A DNA stretch of 64,000 bases, taken from contig JANJGN010000026.1 of the NCBI GenBank assembly GCA_026770705.1, positions 25,172,001-25,236,000 on the forward strand, written 5' to 3'. The translations under genes and the position numbers were made by a program. Of the stretch, positions 13,799 to 26,188 are shown one piece after another (the stretch's first letter is position 1; every line of letters begins with the position of its first letter). Below the pieces are notes generated by a model. It saw nothing but the letters and a program-made list of their open reading frames with translations. It ran no database searches and was not told where the DNA came from. Source of the DNA: Isurus oxyrinchus (lineage: Eukaryota).

Positions 13799-14348
13799 GG
13801 CAAAGGACTCTCACTTTCTCTCCCAGAATCAATTTTGGGACCTGAGTTGTTAGCTGGTAACTGAACAGAAACCAAACTAACGTCTAGTTTGGCGAAATGG
13901 CACATTTCTGTGTTGCAGACTCCATTATTGTCATTCTGTTTAGTATTCCTCTTAATATCAGCTGTGCGAGGTTCCAATGGTCAGTGAGCAGCTCTTTTAA
14001 TGCGAGCCTCCGGCATTGGTGGACAGCATGAAAGACAACATTAACTATTCCCCCTCACTGCCACCACGTCACACACTGACTCTGCTGGAGACCCAACATT
14101 CAGTTGAATCCTCAGTTCAGTCCCTTTGGAAGGAACAACGACATCACTGATTTGCTGCATCACGTTCTGACGCAATAAGTTGTAAAACAAAATATCGTGG
14201 GGCTGATTGGACGTCACTTGTTGAGACTTTCAGAAATTAACCAATGGCTGAAGAGACTGGATATAAATGAAAATGTTCCCAACCCTTCACTGAAACATTG
14301 ACAGATTCAACCCTTTCTTTTTCAATCCACCATCAGCTCGCTGGAAAT

Positions 14349-14866
14349 ATGTTGAGTTTTACCTTTTATTCATTTCTCACAGCTGGTAAGTCTGCACGTT
14401 ACACAATCTTCCTCTTGCAGGTATCATTCTTTTAATTCAGTTTTATTTCGATTTAGAATGTATTCCATTACTCAATATGCTAAGTTGGGCTAAAGTAATG
14501 AAATCTTAAAGCTCTTTATTTGTTAATTCCTGCAAGTGTTTATGGTACAGATTCGATCTCACAGGGACCAGATGCAACGAGACAGTTTGAAGGGGACTCG
14601 GTGACCATTCATGACAGCTATTCCACCACTGCTGGTACATATTCCTTACAGCTGTACTGTCAGGACCGGGGTAAAGCTCCCACATTTTTGATCTACATCC
14701 AAAATTACGGAAATATTTTCAGAGTAGAGGGCGTGGGGGCTCGATTTTCTGCATCTCTCGACACTTCGAAAAGTGAGGGGAATTTCACCATCCGTGACCT
14801 GCGGCTGCCTGACAGCACAGTGTATTATTGCCGGCTGAGAGACAGGGGGAGACTCATACAAAAACA
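14349..14866 (+). pseudogene. TCR alpha/delta V pseudogene (family B)
   Basis: Shortened leader MLSFTFYSFLTA plus GTAAGT. V exon DSISQGPD...SLQLYCQD...RFSASLDTSKSEGNFTIRDLRLPDSTVYYC. RSS heptamer deleted; nonamer ACAAAAACA remains at 14858-14866. Confidence 0.85.
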
Positions 14867-16281
14867 CTGCTGCAATGTGACACCGTGAATTGCTAGTGGA
14901 CTGTGTAGCGATATACAGGGAATGCAAGTTCTTCTCCAAGTAAAGCCATCAGACAATGTGGCCACAAAACAACTCCCATCAACTCTGATGAGTCAGATTG
15001 CAGAAACCCTGTGCAGGTCTTTTTGGTAACCCGGCCTGTTAATGTCTGATACATAGGAATTTTCTCCTATTCATTACCCGTGTGTTTTCGCGCTCTCTTT
15101 AGTGTGCCACTAACACAGAATTACAAGTTAAGATCTACTCATTGTGTGAACGCAGTAGAATGTTGATCAAATCCGACTTCATCACAGTCAACAAGCTCAA
15201 TCTAATTTGTGATAATGAGTGAAATGACTGGAAATCTCCATCTACATTCACGCCTGTATTTCTTTCTTTGAGAAGACATTCATGCCGGTTCATTAAAGTT
15301 CACATTGTCTCAGGTCAATTAGAGATCAAGAAGTCTCTGACCATCCTGCACCTGCTTACTGTTCAAATGACTGAGAACAAGTAGAGTGGCAGGGAGAGGG
15401 AGTCGCTAGAAATTTGGAATCTTAGAGCACTGAACTCGGCCTGTGGTGCCCCGAGAAACTTTCAAAGAATTATCCCGTTCAGCTATCAACGCCCACATTT
15501 GCTACATAGCCCGGCATTTTCCCTTTCTAGTTGTATACAATGTCCTTCTAAAACTAGTGTTGAATCTTCTTCCACCACACTTTTGGGCACTGCCTTTCAG
15601 AGTTTAACAAATTGCAGTGTGATAAATTAAGCGAACCTTTCCCTAGCTGTTTTCCCTTCTAAATCAGGCCGCTTGTGTTATTCAATGTTCTACAATAGGG
15701 AACAGTTATGCGCGATCTACACTAACAAACCCACATAAATTTGAGAACCTCAGTGCAGTCTCTCCTTTCCCTCTTTTGATCTAAGGAGAGGCGGTCTAGT
15801 GGCCAATGGATATCTTTCCCACTTCTGACTCCTTGGAAGGAGGGCGGACAGTTGACTCAGTAAGTTTTAAAGCCTGGTGTTCAATTTTTGTTCCAGCTGG
15901 GGTAGATTTGGGGCCTGCCTCCTTGTTCTACCCGTGGTGGTGCAGTGGATCGGACCTGCCTTCAGGTCGAAGATTCAACAGAAAGATATAATAAGAGCAA
16001 CCCCAGTTTAACTAGCGTATTCACATATCTGACTGTATTCAGTCCACTTAATGACCCATTCTAAACCGGATTGAGCAGAGGGTGCCAAACCCAATCATGT
16101 TCTTTAGAAAGTCACGTGAGACAAACACCAAAACCAGTCGTATCCTATGTGAGGTCACAATGGGCCTGGCACCCTGCAGTGTGTGGGTAGAACAATGAGC
16201 TGAACAGAGTCCGGGTTCCCTCTCTCCTTCTCAATCTCTGGCTCACTCCATTCACATTCGCTGAGAGAGATTCAGTCAGAC

Positions 16282-16790
16282 ATGTTTCTGATAATCCTGG
16301 ACGCTGCTGTTGGACAGTAAATATAGAATTAGCTTCATCAAGTTTAGCAGATTGGTGCAAGCCTGGTGAATGGGAATTGATAAACGCTCACACAGATAAG
16401 CACAGATTTTGATAGATCCTTTTTAACCTCCTGCTCTTTTACTCCTCTACATTCACAGACGGACTATTTGCAGACCCAGTAACTCAGTCACCGGTGGCAT
16501 TAACCGTGTTAGAAGGGGCCTCTGTGCAGTTGGGTTGCGAATATCCAGACCAGGTTATAGACAACATGCAATGGTATCGGCAGAAACAGGCACAACATCC
16601 AAGCTGGAAAATTACCACAGTGGCAGCATTCAAAAAAGACAAAACATCAGGGCAATATCTGTTGGCTGCTGACCAGTGTAAGAAGAATGGTTACCTCAAT
16701 ATAAGCAGTCTGAATGTGGCGGACGGGCTGGTCTACTACTGTGCAATGAGGCACAGCGTCAGGTAAAAGCCAAGACCCCGTAAAGAAAAC
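16282..16790 (+). CDS. TCR alpha/delta V segment, V exon open but leader apparently frameshifted
   Basis: V exon 16459-16751 DPVTQSPVALTVLEGASVQLGC...MQWYRQ...YLNISSLNVADGLVYYCAMR is open. RSS CACAGCG-23-AAAGAAAAC at 16752-16790. The candidate leader 16282-16316 is 35 nt, out of phase with the phase-1 acceptor. Confidence 0.75.
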
Positions 16791-17472
16791 ATCAGCGAGT
16801 TGTTTGCGCGCAGCCATTTTTGGTGCTTTTATCAGTGGGGTTAATTTGATCCCAGGCACATGGAGAATAAAGATTGTCAGGTTTGTTTATCAAACAGTTG
16901 TATTTCTGCCTTTTTCTTTGTTCAAATCGACAGAGAACCGGTTCAGGAACTCTTGAGAATTATCTCAATGTCTCGGCCTACACCTCCTCAGTAAGTGTCT
17001 CCGAACTTTCCCGGAATACTGATCTGACTAGAGGTGGGGGAATGCATCGGATGTGGGGTCAATATAGTTTAACATTACTGATTATTCTTCCACAGACTTC
17101 AACTCTGACGGATCCTGGGACACTCACTGTGTGTCACTCGTTCCTGCAGCAAAACATAGAATGTGTCAACGTCTGGAATTGGATTTAATACATGAACTAG
17201 ACAACGGCCCTTTAAATATAGACTCACCGAACAGCACGGCGAGTATGATTGGAAAGCACCATGGGGAGAACATGCTGTGTGATTGAGACTTGCACAGAAA
17301 TTAACTGAATTTTTAAAAAGTATCTGACCCTTCACTGATATTAAAGAGCAAACTCAAATGAGGAACAGGTTTCACTTCTTGGGTGACCGAGGCGCATATC
17401 CAAGGGGAGTGTTATAAAACGCCGAGCTCCCTGATAACTGCATGGGCTGCATATTTTCCGGATCACCCCGGC

Positions 17473-18007
17473 GGGATTTGTACAGCCCTGAATAGCCTTT
17501 ACTGCACTTTGTCTCCATTCCACAGAAATAGTTGGCGGTGTCTGTCACTCGAGTGTCGCTAACATTCAGAGTGCTGCGCTTCTCTGTTAAAATGAACTGA
17601 GCCGCGATCCTGTCCTGATCACTGGTACCACACGCCAGTTGCTGCACAGTTCGGTCCAGGTAATGCCTATATAAGTGTAATACTCCTCCTCCTATTGTGG
17701 TGGAACAGGTCAAGGATCCCTTGGTAAGAACCACTGACTCAGGAGATCGTGATAACTCTTCACTGCCCCTTGCATCTGACAAGAATGTGTAGATATACCT
17801 CAATTTCATAAAATTAATATAATATGGCTCAATACAATACAATACAGCACAATAAAGTACACCTTTATAGTAATGTAAGAGAATGCAATAAAACAAAGTG
17901 CAATTTAACACAACATAACGGACCCAATGAGTGAAATAATCCTGTCAGGAATAGTGTAAGGGTAAGAAATGCAGGGAGATAATCATTAAAGTGAAGCTCA
18001 GCTTCAT
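17473..18007 (-). pseudogene. TCR alpha/delta V pseudogene
   Basis: Leader from ATG at 18007 is frameshifted and lacks a GT donor. V exon from 17775: EELSRSPESVVLTKGSLTC...HLYRH...STLNVSDTRVTDTANYFCGME. RSS CAAAGTG-23-ACAAATCCC (17511-17473) has a mutated CAC. Confidence 0.8.
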
Positions 18008-18185
18008 GTCGGATCTTATCAGTTCAGGGCAAGAGATGCTCCTTCGCCGGCAGCGCTGCTGAATATTAAACTGAGCCCGACACCAGTTACACAGTGTCGG
18101 CCAGACCGAGGTCTCTGGGAATTGTGATCACAAAGGCTTTTCGGGAGCTTCAACATTGATGTGGTGAGTGGGAGAGGACTGAGCA

Positions 18186-18340
18186 TGCGTCAGAGCGTCC
18201 GTCTGTGTGACGCCAGAACGCCAACTGCTGCCATACCAGTCTGGAGTCTAGTGACGTCATTCGGCTGTCTGTGTGACGTCACTCCGCAGCTTATGTGTCG
18301 CCAATCCGCAGTTTGCGTGACGTCAGCCAGTATGATTGGA
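18186..18340. promoter_or_regulatory. Cluster of three perfect CRE sites with CCAAT boxes
   Basis: TGACGTCA at 18252, 18274 and 18318; CCAAT at 18301 and ATTGG near 18335; CpG-rich; about 245-320 bp upstream of the minus-strand V ATG at 18007. Confidence 0.6.
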
Positions 18341-19983
18341 GGATGAGAAATATCTTTCCGGGAGCTGATCTGAATATTGAGCCCCCGAGTTTAAGGGAAT
18401 TAACAGCTGATCAGGAACGGTAAGGGCAATTTACCCTGTAGATTAATTTGGTGATGGATCTGTCGGATCGGATTCTGCAGTTTGTTTCTCTCCCCCGCTA
18501 CTGAAAACAGTTGGGTGACAGTTTGATCCGAGGTGAATGTGGTTTCCTCTATGTTTGTGTTTGAGCGGCTGACAGCGCAGCTGAACATTGTGACTGCACC
18601 TGCCCGAGATTCAATACAAACCCCAACAGACTGGAGCTCCCAGGCACAGTCTAAAGTACGGGAGTGGAGTTCCTTTTTATCATGAACTCCGGTTCTCCGT
18701 CCTGCTTCTGATCAACCCTTTGAGTCCACTTTCTCCGCTTAGAGAGATATGACTGCCTGAACCGTGCTGTTGCTGTTGTCTGTCTCACCGATTATCTGCA
18801 GACAGGAGCAAGCCCGCCCTGAATACAGCCTGATCTGGATAAGCCAGTGCAAGAAAAAAAAAGTCCTTCCATATAATATCGTAGGTGAAAATTAAAGCAG
18901 CTACTTCTCCTTTTGTCTTAAATTTTGAGGGCTGCATCTAAGTGACAGAATCTCCATGGCTCAGATCTGAACTATATATTCAAATAGGGAATAATCAGGC
19001 AGGATTGTGTTCAAAATTGAGAATTAAACCGTATTTTGTAAATGAGATGAAATGTGTTTATTTCAATCTGTCAGAATTGGTCTTGCCCTCGCCCCATACA
19101 ACCGAGATGCTGGGTGACCACATTGCCGTTGTCCGCTCTGTAAAAGGGAAGTTGAGATGAGAACAACTTCGTTCTAACTTGCACCCTTAAGAATCGCCCT
19201 TCGTTCTCACCTCGTTCGGGTCCTCTCATCTCACTTACTTGTGTCCCCTGTGGTGCTGTAAGACCTGTAGGTGGGGGAGGCTCTCTTTGAATGGAAACAG
19301 CCGGAGCGGGGCTATATTCAGTGTCCTTATAACGGAGATGGTTACATGGTTTGCGGCGGTGCGAGGGAGGGTGGGGTGGGGTGGGGGGTGAAGATGGGGG
19401 GAGGGGGGCGAATGGGGTGGTGGTGAGGGGTGTGGGTGGGTGGGGAAAGGAGAATGGTATTGAAAGGTGGAAACACTGGTTTCTGAATGGTGCCAGAAAG
19501 GATTAAACAGCTACTGAAAAGCGGCAATGAACACTGAGGGAGCTCTGTGCTCGGGCCTGGTTTTAAAGGGCGCAATCATTATCTTGTGAAAAGTGTTCAT
19601 TTGCGATATACCGCTCCTGAACCATCAATTTACTCTGATCAAATAGGCAATATGTGCCAGCTTTGATCAAATGAACCGAGGAACGGAGACTGGAGATGTA
19701 GAAAGGGCTGCAAAATAATTCAGACAGGCAAGGGAAGATTATTTATTGGCAAAATTTGAGTTAAAGCACCACAAATTAATTTGTGAATGCATCTTTTAGT
19801 ATACTTGCAAGTTAAAATCAATCAACATAATTCCTCACTTGCTCCTCAACTGTTCTTATTGAGTGTCTTGTTTTGCTTTGATAATTTGTTAATAACTCTG
19901 TGACACCCACAGGCTGAGCTGTTGCTTCTGTTTATTGCTGTGAGTGCGCCTTCCGCTGTACAATATCTGAAACTCTCATTGAG

Positions 19984-20451
19984 GGTTTTTGTACGGAACC
20001 CGCGCTCTCTCTGCACCACTGTTGGCTCCATGGCACAGAAATAGACAGCGGCATCGGAGAGAAGAGCCCCGGCGATATTTAAAGGAACTGTTTTGTTTCT
20101 TTTGTGCAAAACAGCAGAAAACCTGTCTGGTAAATCCTGAGACGTATCTCCCGTGCTATATATCGTCAATAAATATCTCGGAGCTTCCCCGGGATACTGG
20201 ATGTACCAGAACAGAGTTCGAACAGCAGTTGTAGAGTAACTGCAGTTCAGTATTATGGCCTGTCCTTCCAAAACCGATAATTCAGTGGGATCCTGGGACA
20301 CTTCATCTTTGCTATCGGTTCCTGCAACAGAGTACAGAATGTATCAAATATCTGGGTATGAATATGACACATGGACAGACACTAACCATTTAGACATTGA
20401 CTCACCGGGCAGCAATACCAACATTATTAGTAATGACCAGCACGAGAACTT
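19984..20451 (-). pseudogene. TCR alpha/delta V (family A), V exon open but start codon and RSS defective
   Basis: Leader begins AAG where paralogues have ATG (20451-20406, GTGAG donor). V exon from 20321: VSQDPTELSVLEGQAIILNC...LFWYIQYPGEAPRYLL...SDAAVYFCAMEP. RSS AACAGTG-24-ACAAAAACC. Confidence 0.85.
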
Positions 20452-21199
20452 GGTTCCTGGTTTAGAATTCGACGAAAATAACATAATTCAAACAGCACTT
20501 CTGGCCTGCAATGAAAGATGAAAGATCATGGACAGGCTTCATTTATTGGGAACCTGAGGGGCGTTTCCCAAGGACATGATTTGTTGATTTCTCATAGCTG
20601 TCAGCAATTGGGCACCAATGAGTGTTATTTGTAGCCTTAATGCTTTATTGGCTGTTTCTGTGTCTCATCCTGCCTGTCTTTCTCGGTGTCACCGGCTCCC
20701 CCATCGTTCAGATGTCTGCCTGGCTCCCTGAATCGTCTGGTCTCTCCGTGAGTCAATCTCCACCCCCCCCCCTCTCTCTTTCTCTTTCTACCTGAGTCTC
20801 TCTCTCATTCTACTCTGGTCCAGGAAAGTGCACAGTATAGAAAATCCAATTCTTCCCAGTCTCCCATTTCAACGAGTTCCTCAAATGAAGTTTTCCATTA
20901 GTGTGAAAAGTTATAATAGACGAAATATAATAACATCAGATCTGAATGAAGTTTAAATTAGAAGCAACTGCATTTAAATCCCACAGTATATCATATAGGT
21001 ATGAATCAGGTGTCATATTTACATCTTTTCTTTGAGTGGACGTGTAAGAGTCCGAATCGTATGAGGATGTCTGTGTTTTCATAATGTTTAAAGTGAGCAA
21101 AATTTAACAGGTAAGGCTGGGATATAAAAAAATAAAGGGAATGACAAGATTCAAACTGAAAACCGTACTAGTCTTGTTTTCTTTAACTGTGTGTTTCAG

Positions 21200-21542
21200 A
21201 TCTGAGCGATGGAGATACTGTTACTCAGCGGAAATCCTCACTCACACAGACAGAGGGAGAAGGTGTCACTTTAACCTGCATCGATACCGACGATGGTTAT
21301 TACCTATACTAGTGCCGTCCATACCCAGGCAGACAGCCGGAGTTTGCAGTCCGGAGGCAGACGGGCGGCGGTTCTGAATTTAAGGCGGATTTCGCTCATA
21401 GCCGGTTTTCTCATACAGTCCAGCAGTCAGACAAGTTGGATCGATTGACCATCCCGGAGCTGCGTCTGTCTGATACCGCCGTCGATTGCTGTGCACAGAG
21501 TCTCACAGTGATGGGAACGAGTGAAAACCTCGTCCGATAACT
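21200..21542 (+). pseudogene. TCR alpha/delta V pseudogene (family C)
   Basis: LSDGDTVTQRKSSLTQTEGEGVTLTC...YLY*(Trp codon is TAG)...RFS...SDTAVDCCAQS. RSS CACAGTG-23-CCGATAACT at 21504-21542. No leader recognised. Confidence 0.85.
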
Positions 21543-22552
21543 GCTGCCGCATTTCTGGGTCACAGCTGCTGTCTGCTGAGGTCTGTTTTTAACAGCTGGT
21601 AAGACACTGACACCTGAATTCATTCCTATGCGCGCAGACCCCCCAAGCACAATCCATGTAAACACCATCTAAAATCACTCACATTGAATATTGATTCCGT
21701 CTGATTATTGCGTTAACTGCGTGGGCGCAGAATCCTGGTGTTTATTTGGAGAACCCTGGGAACTCACCGTTCCTATTGAGAATACAACACCCTGCGGTTG
21801 GCCTGGAACTAAATATATCTGTCTGCCGCTACTTCTGAAAGAACTCACGGCCAAGGAACAGATAATGTTTGGTTTGAAATATCAGTCTGTAGCGTAAACC
21901 AAAGCCCACCAGGAGAGGAAATTTCTAATAATTATAATAAGCTGATTAAACACCTCTCACTTACACATGTTAAAACAAATAACAAACAATTTAAACAGGC
22001 TCTTAGAGGTGATTGTCAGGATATGATTCGAAGATGCTGAACAATGATTAATAGAGTAAATAATCTGTAAGCACAGTCTTGATATGCTCGAGGCACAGGA
22101 ACAGATGACCAGAAAACCTACTGAGTGTAAAAACCTGATATGAAAACAGTATAAGAAAGTTTCCCAGAAGCAGTGGAAGCGCATTGCAGAAATCTGAACA
22201 CTGGATAAAGCTTTATGTAAAAACAAAGACTTTATCTTTTCCCTCTGCTTGACCCGCAGTGTTATATACCCGGTGCTCTATTTGTTTGTAGTGTGTACCT
22301 CCTTTAATGGATGAAACACAATGTCAAATATTTGGGGCAGCTTCTCTGTTGCAATCTCTAAATGTATCTTTGAATTATGTTCACAATATATTCAACGCTA
22401 ATGGAACAGAGGAACCCTTCCCCGATGCTGCGCCTGATGCTCTCAGCTTGTTGCTTATCTGATGTTATTTGAACTTAGCACATTCTAGTGTTTCATTTCG
22501 ATTTCTCCCCACTCTGCCCCCCTATTCCATTCACCTTGCCACATTGCGGCAG

Positions 22553-23120
22553 TGTTCTTGTACGGGGCTCCCTCTGGTTCCTGTCACTGTGTCCCTCAGA
22601 CCGCAGAAATAGAGGGTGCTGTCAGACAGCCGCAGGTCACAGATGGTGAAATTCCCTTCACTTTTCGAAGAGTCGAGAGAGGCAGAAAATCGAGTCCCCA
22701 CTCCCTCTGCTCTGAAAACATCTCCATACTTAGGGATGTAGATTAAGATTGTGGGGGCTTTGCCCCAATCCTGACGGTACAGTTGTAAAGAATATGAATC
22801 AACAGTTGTCGAATAGCTGTAATTAATAGTCACCCAGTCTCCTTCAAACTTTGCTGCTGTAACCGGCTCCTGTGAGACCATGTCTGCAGCATTAACAGCT
22901 GCAAAATAAAGAAATACAGTACTTTAGATTTTTGTTACTTTATTATGAATGATAATATCAAGGTAACGGTAGAAATAGATTGCAAGTAAGAGAGAAAACA
23001 CAAATAAAGGGGAGATTATTATGACAGTATCACGAGCAAAGTAAAAATTGTGCAACTCGGGAACTTGCCATTTAAGAGAGCTGCAGCTGTGAGGAATGAG
23101 GAAAAGGTAACACCCAACAT
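22553..23120 (-). CDS. TCR alpha/delta V segment (family B), open but lacking Cys23 and Trp41
   Basis: Leader MLGVTFSSFLTAAALLN 23120-23069 with a GC-AAGT donor. V exon 22898-22592 is in frame: DMVSQEPVTAAKFEGDWVTINYSYSTTVDSYSLQLYRQ...SDSTLYFCGLR. RSS CACAGTG-23-ACAAGAACA. Confidence 0.8.
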
Positions 23121-23910
23121 GTTTACAGAGCTGCTGGTGGATTTGAACACAATGAGTTAAAGCTGAACTGTTTTAATTGAGAGTTGATAAGATGCTGAGT
23201 AATATCCGGTCTCGCTACCGATTGGTTCCTTCCTGACAGAGTCAACAGGTGACACCCAATCAGCCCACAGCTCCTTTGTCCTACATTTCATCCAATCAGC
23301 TCACACTTTCTTTGTACTCCAATCCATGACATCAGTGTAAGCTACATGGAATCACTAGAAATTGTTCTGACATCAAACTTACTGGACTGAAGAACATACG
23401 AGATTAAGAATAGAAGCTCAAGTGGATCATTTGGTCCTTCATTTGGTTCTGCTCTGCCATTCAATATGATCAAGGTGGAGTTATTTCATATCCACCTTCC
23501 TGCAATATCCTCAAATCCCTTATTTTCCTTAATATTCACAAATCTATCGGCACCATCTTTGAAGATGCTCAGGTACTGAACAATTACGTCTGTGTACTCG
23601 AGAGTAATAATAAAACGGGCATTCAAGCGAATTTTGGTCCTTTAACGGAGTTAATCTTTGACAGGGGTCAGTGATGGGAATTGATAATGTTGTTCGGATA
23701 ACAGCACCAGAATCCCCTATTCAGAGAGCTGCTCAGAGACCATGAAAACGAGTAGAAAGAGAGATTTTACATAGAATGACACACATTCAACATTTCAGAA
23801 AGAGATCATTCGAGCAAGCTGACCTTCATAATGTGGTTTTGGTTATATTAGCAGTTCACAATCCAGGTGACAGAACTGAATGACTGAGAGAAGGGGAGAG
23901 TGACTTTGCT

Positions 23911-24387
23911 GGTTTTTGTACGGACTGACTGTGACTCTGTTACAGTGTGAGCACCAATGCACAGAAATACACGGCAGAGTCAGAGACACGAGCCCCGGCG
24001 ATATTTAAAGGAACAGTTTTCTTGTCTTGATCCAAATCAGCAGAAAACCGGTCAGGGAAATCTGGAGACTTATCCCCCTTTCCCATGCTGTAGTTCTTTA
24101 GTAAATATCTCGGAGCTTCCCCAGGATACTGGATGTACCAGAAGAAAGTTGTTGAACTGTATTTTGTTGTGTAACTGCAGTTCAATATTACGGTCTGTCC
24201 TTCCTTAAACGTTAATTCAAGCCAATCCTGGGAAACTGCATCTTGGCCACTCGTTCCTGTAACAACATATAGAATGTGTCAACAATCTGTGAATAAATAT
24301 AACCCATGGAACACACACTGGGGATTATAGTTCAGACTCACCGGACAGCACGACTATTGTGATCAGTAAAGCAAACAGGGAACACAT
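23911..24387 (-). CDS. TCR alpha/delta V segment (family A), apparently functional
   Basis: Leader MCSLFALLITIVVLS 24387-24342 with GTGAGT donor. V exon 24256-23950 is open with Cys23, WYIQ and YFC. RSS CACACTG-23-ACAAAAACC (23949-23911). Confidence 0.92.
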
Positions 24388-25049
24388 GGTCCCTGACTCG
24401 ATAGTAAGCAGCACACTGTTGAAAATATGTTGCTGCTTCTAGTCTTATGTCAAAAAGTAAACTCTGATCAATGGCAGTTCCACTTCTTGGAAATAGAGGG
24501 GCTGTTCTCAGTGCTACGATTGGCTGGTTAGCTGACGTTAGCTGTGGACCAATCACTGTTAGTTCAGGGTTAGATAACAGCTGTCTCTCTCCAATCACAT
24601 TCCAACCCTGTCTGTGTTTGTCTGTTTGCCTTTCTCATTCTCTTCCTGTGTTTCGCACTGTCGAATCATTCTGTTTTTTTCTCCCTTTAGCTCTCTCACT
24701 CCGAACTCAATGCCTACATATTAAGAGAGATAAATCTGTCTTTATAATTAAGGCAGGAAGTGAAGTAAATTACAAATAGTCTCTTGCCCAGGTTTAATAA
24801 ACGCCGTCCAGTCCAACCACACATTTTATAAACCCTAATGATAAGCAGTCATCCAACTCCAAACCGAGATGTGATAGCACTGGCTTATTATCTTCCACCA
24901 GTAAATGTCAGTCAGTTACTAATTTTACTCGAAAAGTGATACCTATGAGGTTGGCTGTGAGATTAGAAAAATGTTCCCTACGGGTAGGTACCAGACCGAA
25001 AACTCTTCCAAGGGCAGGTTATTATTCAGCCCGGGGACCTTCATAAGAT

Positions 25050-25460
25050 CATGAGGAGTAACAACAGGAGTAGGCGATTCTGCATCTCGATCTTGCTCTG
25101 CCATTCGGTAAGATCACGGCTGATCTTATTATGACTGAAGTTAGTTTTCTGTCGGCCCTCCATAACCCTTGACACCCTCGTAGATCAAAAAAAAATGTCT
25201 AACTCATCCTTGAATATATTCAGTGACTCGGCCTCCATTTCTCTCTGGAGAAGATACTTCCAGCGATTAAGGGCTCTCTCAGGGATGGTATTCCCCCTCG
25301 TCGAAACCCTAAATGTGAGTCTCCTTATTTGTAAACTATAGCTCCTTATTTCTAGGTTCCTCTAAGAGGGAAAAATATATTTTCTCAGCAGCAACTTTGT
25401 CAACCCCTCTGAGAATCGTATATGTTTCATGCAGATCACTTCTCAGTCTTCTCAGGTTTG
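25050..25460 (-). mobile_element. CR1-type LINE 3' fragment
   Basis: Shark CR1 3' UTR-like sequence (CATAAGATCAT...GGAGTAGGCGATTC...CTCTGCCATTC...AGATCACTTCTCAGTCTTCT). Confidence 0.6.
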
Positions 25461-25669
25461 TGCAAATGGGATCGGGAAATGTATGAATTGGATCCTGGGT
25501 TAAAACGGCCGCCAAATGTCACATTTGCCAACACTAACAAGCATCGGCCTCGACGAGAGAAAATGCTCGGATCAGGCTGTATTATCACATTCATTCTCTG
25601 AACATATTCTCTGGGATACAGCCCCTTGTGTTTTCCTGCTTACCGGCCCTTTTTAATCCAGTTGCTCCC

Positions 25670-26188
25670 AGTTTTTGTATGAGGCCCGAGGGACCCTCAT
25701 TCACTGTGGGCCTCAGCGCGCAGTAATACACGGCGCAGTCTGTCAACTTCAAATCTTTCACAGACAAATGAAAAGTGCTGTGTGTCGGGTTGAAATTCCC
25801 GCTGAAACGCTCAAAGCCGGGAGCCGTCTCGTTATACCCATAATTATCGGCTCTGAGCATGTACTGAGGGGCTTGGTGTGAATACTGGCGATACCAGAAC
25901 AGGCCATAGCTTGTAGCTGAACTAGCTACAGAGTAAATGCAAGTTATTACTGAATTTTCACCCTCTTCTGCTTCGACTTCTTGTTCTGACTGGGACACTG
26001 AGTCTCCATCACTCATCCCTGTAAAGAAACAGCGGAACACAACAGGTTGGATGGACTAAAAGAAGGAAAATAATCACCGAAAATGGAAATGAGAAATAAT
26101 ATGAGGGTTGGGGAATTTAGTAAGGAGTTCAATAAAACCGACCTGTGATCAGGACAATAACCAGAGTCAGACAGAGTTTCAGCCCCAT
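25670..26188 (-). CDS. TCR alpha/delta V segment, apparently functional
   Basis: Leader MGLKLCLTLVIVLIT 26188-26143 with GT donor. V exon 26018-25709: GDSVSQSEQEVEAEEGENSVITC...LFWYRQ...TDCAVYYCALR. Canonical RSS CACAGTG-23-ACAAAAACT. Confidence 0.93.
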
